Of a stretch of 11,097 bases of DNA, positions 1-5,739 are shown in pieces (the stretch's first letter is position 1; every line of letters begins with the position of its first letter). The stretch is from Candidatus Hermodarchaeota archaeon (GTDB taxonomy: Archaea; Asgardarchaeota; Hermodarchaeia; Hermodarchaeales; Hermodarchaeaceae): NCBI GenBank assembly GCA_016839365.1, contig JAEOUH010000091.1, positions 1 to 11,097 on the forward strand. The letters are read 5' to 3'. A program made the position numbers and the translations under genes. The notes beneath the pieces were generated by a model that did not search any database, was not told where the DNA came from, and saw only the letters and a list, made by a program, of their open reading frames with translations.

Positions 1-42
1 AAATGGCGGGCTCGGCGGGACTTGAACCCGCGACCCTCGGGT

Positions 43-106
43 TTCTTTAGAAGCAAGGAAAACTTGGAGTACGAATCTCGTACGGTGGCTTTTTCAGCGT
101 CTTCTA
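43..106 (-). other. Canonical 37/38 tRNA intron (64 nt) with strict bulge-helix-bulge motif
   Basis: GGG-CTTT-TA|T-AGAAG ... CTTCT-AAAG-AA|A-CCC: 4-bp central helix CTTT/AAAG flanked by two 3-nt bulges and outer helices. Confidence 0.93.
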
Positions 107-126
107 TAAAAGCCCGATGCTCTGAC

Positions 127-154
127 TTCGCCCACACAGGTTACTCCTGTGTGA
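127..154 (-). other. Non-canonical D-loop tRNA intron (28 nt, predicted position 18/19) with relaxed BHB-like motif
   Basis: Insert TCACACAGG-AGTAA-CCTGTGTGGGCGAA contains an 8-bp hairpin CACACAGG/CCTGTGTG. Excision restores the D-loop AGCTAG|GTCA with conserved G18G19. Central helix AGCT/GGCG has one mismatch, so exact boundaries are inferred. Confidence 0.8.
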
Positions 155-217
155 CTAGCTAAGCTACGAGCCCTGCTACCGTTGGGGTGGTACGGGTTTT
201 CAGTCAACAACACACCG

Positions 218-230
218 CTATAAAACTTTT
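218..230 (-). promoter_or_regulatory. BRE/TATA promoter for tRNA-Lys (possibly also serves the divergent ORF at 263)
   Basis: Minus strand reads AAAAG-TTTTATAG about 45 nt upstream of the mature tRNA 5' end. Plus strand reads CTATAAAA about 40 nt upstream of ORF 263. Confidence 0.6.
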
Positions 231-262
231 GAGTTGAAACGTAGAGTAGACGGACAGAATTA

Positions 263-565
263 GTGCAGGAAGTCTTTGGATCGTTGCTTGTAATAAGAAT
301 AACAAATGAAGGTTATCGGATCATCGATGAGGCCGACCGAGATGAAATTCTCCAGGAACTTACAGAACGCTGGGATCACATATTCGAGGAGGCTCGGTGG
401 GGGTCAATAGAACAAGCAATGGTAATGTATGCTCAGCTATTTGAGTGGATTGACCATTTCGGTAAGCGAGTGAAAGAGTGCCCTTATCGTGCTGATGCTG
501 TACTTCCCCCACGCAATCTTGAGCCTGATGAATTGAAATATCTACTGGGGAGTGATAGGCGCTAA
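263..565 (+). CDS. Hypothetical protein (about 100 aa, acidic, probably helical); start uncertain
   Basis: Only ORF filling the gap between the tRNA promoter and the convergent Lrp-type gene. Protein-like composition, stop 10 nt from the neighbouring stop, no recognised motif. Confidence 0.6.
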   Translation: MQEVFGSLLVIRITNEGYRIIDEADRDEILQELTERWDHIFEEARWGSIEQAMVMYAQLFEWIDHFGKRVKECPYRADAVLPPRNLEPDELKYLLGSDRR

Positions 566-575
566 CAGTCTAGGG

Positions 576-812
576 CTAACTCTCGGCCGAGATGAGTGTA
601 ACCGTTTTTTCTACTTCTGGGAGTTGCCGAATTTTTGAGATTATGGTATGTTTCAATTGGCGAATATCTTTAACAACGATCTTTGCTACGACATCAAAAT
701 TCCAGAGTACCTGGTATGCTTCCTTCACCTCATCGATACTCATCAATGGTTCGAGTAGATCGTCTTTTTGCACACCTTTTTTCGCGACAATAAGGACATA
801 TGCTTTGGGCAT
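576..812 (-). CDS. Stand-alone Lrp/AsnC ligand-binding (RAM) domain protein
   Basis: MPKAYVLI...IDEVKEAYQVLWNFDVVAKI...IRQLPEVEKTVTLI matches the AsnC C-terminal ligand-binding domain pattern, with no HTH. ATG at 812 preferred over the ORF-track start at 821. Confidence 0.85.
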   Translation of the reverse strand: MPKAYVLIVAKKGVQKDDLLEPLMSIDEVKEAYQVLWNFDVVAKIVVKDIRQLKHTIISKIRQLPEVEKTVTLISAES

Positions 813-912
813 AAGTTTCACCCGAAATTCAATATTTTATCATAATACCTATAACTAGTCAAAAGCCTTATCGTTTGCTAGCTTTCTTATTGAAATATAT
901 GGGTGGTTTGTT

Positions 913-2454
913 ATGTCGCCTACACGAACACTTTTGGCGGAGGAAATGACCGCCATCGAGTGGAACGCTGAATTCATTGGAATCGACCGATTGATACTCA
1001 TGGAAAATGCAGGGCGGGCCGTAGCCCATGAGATTCTTCGTCGAAGTAAACGGCTACCTCGTGTAGCAATCTTCGCAGGGCTCGGGGGAAATGGTGGTGA
1101 TGGGTTCGTAGCAGCCCGTCATCTCGCTTCTCAGTGTAGAGTTGTTCATCTGATAATACTCGGAGATCCTTCAAATATCAAACACCAAGAAGCCGCGAAA
1201 AACTGGGATATAATTAAGAAATTGCGTCACTCCATTGACCTCCATATTGTACAAGACACATCCGAATTACCCCAAGTCAACGTCGACGTAGTGGTAGACG
1301 CGCTCTTGGGTACCGGAGTGACAGGGACCCCACGCACTCCCTACATTAAGACTTTGCAACTTATGAACGAAATGAAGGCGTTCAAGGTTGCCATTGATGT
1401 TCCAACGGGTATTCACCCCAACACCGGTCAACCCACAACGCCCGACGCATTTCGTCCGGATTTAACCGTGACCTTCCATTATGCCAAAGTGGGTTTAGCG
1501 AATAACAAAGAACTCACTGGCAAACTGATAGTCGCCGATGTCGGGATTCCTCCGGAAGCGGAACTCTACGTAGGACCAGGAGATGTTAAACGGGCAACCC
1601 AACCACGATCCATCTTTACGAAGAAAGGTGATTTTGGACGATTATTGGTAATCGGTGGAAGCCCGCAATACATAGGTGCTCCCATTCTTGCGGCCATGGG
1701 CGCGCTACGAAGTGGTGTTGACTTAGTGTACTTGGCTGCGCCCTCTCAGGTTATTAACGCAGCAACAAGCCACTCTCCCGATTTCATACCAGTTACATTA
1801 AGCGAGAAAAAATTGGTGAATGCTGATCTCCCCATAATAGAGGAAGCTCTCACAAAAGTTCAAGCCGTGCTCCTCGGACCGGGAATTAGCGATCATCATG
1901 AAACCCTGGATACAACAGGGAAAATCTTGACAATGGCTAATCGCTTGGAAAAACCGCTAGTAATTGATGCAGATGCTCTTAAAGTCGTATCACGAGCAAT
2001 GACCATCGGCATCAACACAATCATCACACCTCATGCAGGTGAATTCAAGCGAATTCGTGGAATCGACGTTGCCAAACCCCTCCTTCAACGGGCACAACAG
2101 GTCCGAGATTTGGCAAAAACTCTCAAATGTATTGTGCTATTGAAGGGTCCTGTCGACATTACCTCAACACCCAAAGAGACGAAACTGAACTGGACTGGCC
2201 ATCCCGTCATGAGCGTAGGGGGTACAGGAGACGTTTTAGCAGGCCTTGTAGCTGGTTTTCGCGCCCAAGGGGTCAACTCGTTCTTAAGTGCCTGTGCAGG
2301 CGCCTTCGTCAATGGCGCCGCAGGGCTTTTGGCCTACAAAGAGAAGGGCCAAGGATTTATTGCCTTTGACTTAGGCGACTACATACCCAAAATCCTCGCA
2401 AACCCGATGAGAAGCCCAATAGCCTATGACTTCACAATTCCCATTGGTGAGTAA
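913..2454 (+). CDS. nnr: Bifunctional NAD(P)H-hydrate epimerase / ADP-dependent NAD(P)H-hydrate dehydratase (YjeF-N + YjeF-C)
   Basis: LMENAGRAVA, GGNGGDG, VDALLGTG, AIDVPTG, TVTFH (YjeF_N); KGDFGRLLVIGGS, GPG, VIDADAL, ITPHAGEF, LLKG, GGTGDVLAG (ribokinase-like YjeF_C). Confidence 0.95.
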   Translation: MSPTRTLLAEEMTAIEWNAEFIGIDRLILMENAGRAVAHEILRRSKRLPRVAIFAGLGGNGGDGFVAARHLASQCRVVHLIILGDPSNIKHQEAAKNWDIIKKLRHSIDLHIVQDTSELPQVNVDVVVDALLGTGVTGTPRTPYIKTLQLMNEMKAFKVAIDVPTGIHPNTGQPTTPDAFRPDLTVTFHYAKVGLANNKELTGKLIVADVGIPPEAELYVGPGDVKRATQPRSIFTKKGDFGRLLVIGGSPQYIGAPILAAMGALRSGVDLVYLAAPSQVINAATSHSPDFIPVTLSEKKLVNADLPIIEEALTKVQAVLLGPGISDHHETLDTTGKILTMANRLEKPLVIDADALKVVSRAMTIGINTIITPHAGEFKRIRGIDVAKPLLQRAQQVRDLAKTLKCIVLLKGPVDITSTPKETKLNWTGHPVMSVGGTGDVLAGLVAGFRAQGVNSFLSACAGAFVNGAAGLLAYKEKGQGFIAFDLGDYIPKILANPMRSPIAYDFTIPIGE

Positions 2455-2455
2455 T

Positions 2456-2995
2456 TCACAGCTTTTCCCTTCTATCATCATTTAGCGGCATATACTGAAG
2501 TTGTTTTTGCACAACCTCACGGCTATCTGTCGCCATCTGATAGTCCTTCAAAGGCTCCTTATTCAACTCTAGAAAGTGTGGACCCCACTTGAAAAGGCTA
2601 AGGATTTTCTTTGCCTCATCTTCAAACCCCAGTATAAACAATGCACTTGCAGCTGCTTCAGCGGAGCTGAGCTTACCAACTTGACCATAATTTACCGGAT
2701 TTGCCGCGACCAAGTAAGGCAATCCTCGTTGTTCTCCACGAAGCCGGTGTTGGAACTGCTCAGCCGCTTCATTCCATGAACAATCTAAAACCAGGATTCC
2801 CTTATTCTGGGCAAGGGTAAGATCTGCCGGTGAAAATGATTTAGCTGCAAAGGGGTTGAGGACTATCGGATGTCCACGAATTTGCCGTGGACTATGAAAT
2901 ACCCGGACCAGGTTGTGTCGTGATAGTTTCAAAGCGCTACACTTCTTCGGGTCGCAACCGGGAATACGCAGCACAAGGATTTGGGGGGTCTTCAC
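2456..2995 (-). CDS. tsr3: SSU rRNA aminocarboxypropyltransferase Tsr3 (DUF367 family)
   Basis: CDPKKCSALKL, LDCSW, LPYLVAANPVNYG, KLSSAEA, FKWGPHFLELN are hallmark Tsr3 motifs. GAGGA lies just upstream of the GTG start. Confidence 0.93.
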   Translation of the reverse strand: MKTPQILVLRIPGCDPKKCSALKLSRHNLVRVFHSPRQIRGHPIVLNPFAAKSFSPADLTLAQNKGILVLDCSWNEAAEQFQHRLRGEQRGLPYLVAANPVNYGQVGKLSSAEAAASALFILGFEDEAKKILSLFKWGPHFLELNKEPLKDYQMATDSREVVQKQLQYMPLNDDRREKL

Positions 2996-3010
2996 GGTCC
3001 TCTACTCTTC

Positions 3011-3022
3011 AAAGGGAAAAGG
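3011..3022 (-). terminator. Pyrimidine/oligo-T tract after RNase P RNA (putative archaeal terminator)
   Basis: Minus strand CCTTTTCCCTTT immediately 3' of P1. Confidence 0.45.
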
Positions 3023-3414
3023 TGTGGTCCAGTAATGAGAGTAGCCCATCTTCTGTTCAACCATTCAAGTTGCCTTGAACGGAATAACGGCATCTATCTT
3101 AGCACCCTACCCGCCACCTCAGTAGGCTCCTCATTGATGGTCTATTTGGGCTTGCTCCCACGGAGTTGGGCCGTTTCATCGATTCCAACGCTGTCCTCAA
3201 CAGGTTAACAGCCGTCCTGTTACCAGCACGCCGCTTGGACCAAAGTCGCCTTTGTTCCTCAACTGCATCATCGTCACATCAGCGCTGGGCGTGTCGTTTC
3301 TGTTCCCAGAGCAAGGCTTTCGCCCTACGGCTTTCGCCGTACCGCTGCCTATGGGAGGATGGAGCTTCCTCAGACGAAAATCGTCCGGCAGCCGTTCTTC
3401 ATCTCTGGACCACA
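3023..3414 (-). ncRNA. rnpB: Archaeal RNase P RNA (type A)
   Basis: Minus strand: P1 TGTGGTCCAG...CTGGACCACA; CR-I GAGGAAGCTCCATC and CR-V ACAGAAGATGGGCTAC forming P4 with a bulged U; P8 TACGGC-GAAA-GCCGTA; P9 GGGC-GAAA-GCCT; CR-II ACAGAAA; CR-III GATGAAACGG; GGAGCAAG; P19-like CCGTTCAAG-GCAA-CTTGAATGG. Confidence 0.95.
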
Positions 3415-3541
3415 ACTGAATGAAGAACAGCGTAATATTTCACTGTTCCGTGTCTTTCCCCATGAATAAAAACCCAATAGTGGCAAGAGAGGAAAATTCA
3501 ATTTAGGAAACTTTCTGATACTACCATAGAAGGGAATCACT

Positions 3542-4198
3542 GTGGCAAATAAGGAGGAAAAAGCCCGCGCTCTACAAATCATGACAATTCTTGAGGCCCA
3601 TTACCCCCAAGAACCCTTAACCATTCGGGCCCGCTCTCCTTTTCAATACCTTATCGCTACCATTCTCTCTGCCCAATCAACTGATGTTCAAGTTAACCAA
3701 GTCACCGCAAAATTATTCAAGAAATATCGCACTCCTGCCGACTTTGCTAACGCTGATCCAGTCGAACTTGAACAAGATATCTTCAAAGTCGGGTATTATC
3801 GTCAAAAGACGAAGCACATACAAGCGGCGTGCCGTATGCTTCTAAACGAGTTCAAGGGGGAAGTTCCAAGTACAATGGATGCGCTTCTTCGTCTCCCGGG
3901 AGTGGGTCGTAAAACAGCGAATATTATTCTCAACCGCGCTTTTGGCACCGTAGAAGGAATCGCCGTCGACACACATGTTTTTCGACTTTCTCGACGATTA
4001 GGTTTGAGTGAGGGGAAATATCCCAATCATGTGGAAAAGGACCTAATGGATCTGTTGCCCCATGAATATTGGAACCGGGTGAACCACCTGTTCATCGCAC
4101 ATGGAAGAGCTCGCTGTACTGCTCGGAAGCCGCAATGCTCAAAATGTCCGCTCAATATTTTATGTCCGTATGCGCTTGAATTGGCCTCTACCCTCTAA
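3542..4198 (+). CDS. nth: Endonuclease III (HhH DNA glycosylase/AP lyase with [4Fe-4S] cluster)
   Basis: LIATILSAQSTD, HhH LPGVGRKTA with catalytic Lys, IAVDTHVFR with catalytic Asp, and FCL motif CTARKPQCSKCPLNILC (C-x6-C-x2-C-x5-C). Confidence 0.96.
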   Translation: MANKEEKARALQIMTILEAHYPQEPLTIRARSPFQYLIATILSAQSTDVQVNQVTAKLFKKYRTPADFANADPVELEQDIFKVGYYRQKTKHIQAACRMLLNEFKGEVPSTMDALLRLPGVGRKTANIILNRAFGTVEGIAVDTHVFRLSRRLGLSEGKYPNHVEKDLMDLLPHEYWNRVNHLFIAHGRARCTARKPQCSKCPLNILCPYALELASTL

Positions 4199-4282
4199 AT
4201 TCAAGACTTCGCGGGCTCCCCGAAATTTGACGACAATTTTAAAGCGGATATTCGGAAACTATCAACTAGGCGGGGTTATGCC

Positions 4283-4846
4283 TTGTCATCAAGTAGTTCA
4301 CACAAGTATGTTTTCAAAATCATTGTATGTGGTGACTGGGCCGTCGGCAAAACCTCATTAGTTCGGCGATATGCTACTAACACTTTCACCAATGACTACC
4401 TCACAACAATCGCCATGGATGTGACCAACAAAGAACTTGTCGTTGATGGATTTAACATCAGCTTAGCCCTATGGGACACTTCCGGCCAAGAACGCTTTAG
4501 TGCCCTTAGAAAACGGTACTACCAAGGTGCATATGGCATCATTTTTGTATATGACATCACTCGACCCGAATCCTACCGTAATATTGAGAAACGCTGGATC
4601 CCCGAAGTCAATGAGGTCTTGGAAGATTATATACCAGCATTATGGGCAACAAAGGCAGACTTGGCAGACCAACGAGTAGTCAGTAAAAACTCAGGCGACC
4701 GCCTTGCCCGGCGCATGCAAGCGTATTTCTTCGAAACCTCTGCCCTAAGTGGGCAAAATGTTAATGAAGCCTTCATTAGCCTCTCTCGCCTCGTGTTGAG
4801 TAAAGTCCTCACCTCAGCAAAGAAAGAAACAAACTTCACAATCTAG
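4283..4846 (+). CDS. Rab-like small GTPase (Ras superfamily)
   Basis: G1 GDWAVGKTS, G2 YLTT, G3 WDTSGQE, G4 TKAD, G5 ETSA. RabF-like segments IAMDV, SLALW, RFSALR, YYQGA, FVYDIT. TTG start preceded by GGCGGGG, with a TTTTAAAG TATA-like box near 4238-4245. Confidence 0.93.
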   Translation: MSSSSSHKYVFKIIVCGDWAVGKTSLVRRYATNTFTNDYLTTIAMDVTNKELVVDGFNISLALWDTSGQERFSALRKRYYQGAYGIIFVYDITRPESYRNIEKRWIPEVNEVLEDYIPALWATKADLADQRVVSKNSGDRLARRMQAYFFETSALSGQNVNEAFISLSRLVLSKVLTSAKKETNFTI

Positions 4847-4904
4847 CCGATTATTTAGCCAAGGAAGACCCAATTTATTAGCCATCAGAGCGCAACACCA
4901 TGGT

Positions 4905-5714
4905 GTGGGTTTACCTCCAATGGCAATTCCAAGAAATCAAGAAAAGAATCGGCTTAACGCTTTAGATGGAAAAACATGGACGCGATATTCCATTAGCATC
5001 TGGGACATCGAGAAATCTTCTGAAGAAGTGCGGCTACGTCATCCAGCCCTGTTTCCTCAGAAACTCGTCGACCGCCTGGTTCGAATCTATGCCAAACCAG
5101 GATACACCGTCTTGGATCCGTTTATGGGAGCTGGAACAGTGCTTCTCGCAGCACTAGAGTTTGGTTGCCAGAGCATAGGTTTTGACGTTTCTCAAAACTA
5201 TATCGAAATAGCTGAACAGCGCCTGGCGGACGATCGATCGAATGTTAAGATTTTTTGTGAAGATGCCAGAAACCTAAGGCATCATATTCCCCCGAACTCA
5301 ATAGATCTTGTTGTCTCCTCCCCGCCCTATTGGGATATTCATCACCAACGGCGTACAGCAGATGGAAAAACACCTCGACCCTACACGATATCGGATCATG
5401 ATCTTGGCAATATCCACTCCTACACTGACTTTCTAAAGGCGCTTCAAATTGTTGCTGAGCAGCTTTTTACAGTTCTCAAACCGGGACGATGGTGCGTTCT
5501 CATTGTCATGGACCTCCGCAAGAGGAATCGATTCTACCCCTTTCATATTGACTGCATTCAGCAATGGACCAACTCTGGATTCCAACTTGAAGACATCATA
5601 GTGTGGGATCGTCGCAAAGAGTATCATAACCTAAGACCTCTCGGCTATCCGACCACTTTTCGAGTCAATAAGGTCCATGAGTACATCCTCATCTTCCAAA
5701 AGCCTCAGGGCTGA
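4905..5714 (+). CDS. Amino-DNA methyltransferase (N4-C/N6-A family, SPPY, probably m4C), orphan; start may be ATG at 4920
   Basis: HPALFP, SAM-binding motif I VLDPFMGAGT, catalytic motif IV SSPPYW, VLKPG, IIVWD, HEYILIF. Confidence 0.88.
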   Translation: MGLPPMAIPRNQEKNRLNALDGKTWTRYSISIWDIEKSSEEVRLRHPALFPQKLVDRLVRIYAKPGYTVLDPFMGAGTVLLAALEFGCQSIGFDVSQNYIEIAEQRLADDRSNVKIFCEDARNLRHHIPPNSIDLVVSSPPYWDIHHQRRTADGKTPRPYTISDHDLGNIHSYTDFLKALQIVAEQLFTVLKPGRWCVLIVMDLRKRNRFYPFHIDCIQQWTNSGFQLEDIIVWDRRKEYHNLRPLGYPTTFRVNKVHEYILIFQKPQG

Positions 5715-5720
5715 GTCGCC

Positions 5721-5732
5721 AAACCTTAAGTA
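5721..5732 (+). promoter_or_regulatory. Putative BRE/TATA promoter for the metal-ribbon gene
   Basis: AAACCTTAAGTA closely matches the 23S upstream element GAAAGCCTTAAGTA (10343-10356). Confidence 0.55.
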
Positions 5733-5739
5733 TTCAGAT

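Larger units (their letters stand above)
4..173 (-). tRNA. tRNA-Lys(UUU) with two introns; exons 173-155, 126-107, 42-4; CCA encoded
   Basis: Reverse complement gives acceptor stem GGGCTCG/CGAGCCC, discriminator G plus CCA, D-stem GCTT/GAGC, anticodon stem TCGGG/CCCGA with loop CT-TTT-A|A (anticodon 110-108), and T-arm GCGGG-TTCAAGT-CCCGC. Removing 154-127 and 106-43 gives a normal 78-nt archaeal tRNA-Lys. Confidence 0.95.

Noticed and set aside
43-106. tRNA intron as a C/D guide RNA, hammerhead ribozyme or nested intron
   Set aside because: CUGA is present but there is no RUGAUGA box C, even across the circular junction. CUGAAAA does not match the hammerhead CUGANGA core, and no internal BHB could be drawn.
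1-260. tRNA as an integration site of a mobile element
   Set aside because: No integrase and no duplicated tRNA 3' end in the window. The tRNA 3' flank lies outside the window, so this cannot be assessed.
1072-1104. nnr epimerase motif reads GLGGNGGDG instead of GxGNNGGDG
   Set aside because: The core NGGDG is intact and the rest of the domain is conserved, so there is no reason to infer loss or change of function.
2887-3582. Short ORFs 2887-3078, 2981-3208, 3166-3423, 3197-3415 and 3370-3582
   Set aside because: They overlap the RNase P RNA gene or the ends of tsr3/nth and have no protein motifs; the region is explained by rnpB.
4209-4226. Small hairpin TTCGCGGGCTCCCCGAA after nth as a terminator
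   Set aside because: The stem is short and imperfect with no clear T-tract, and archaeal termination does not generally depend on hairpins.
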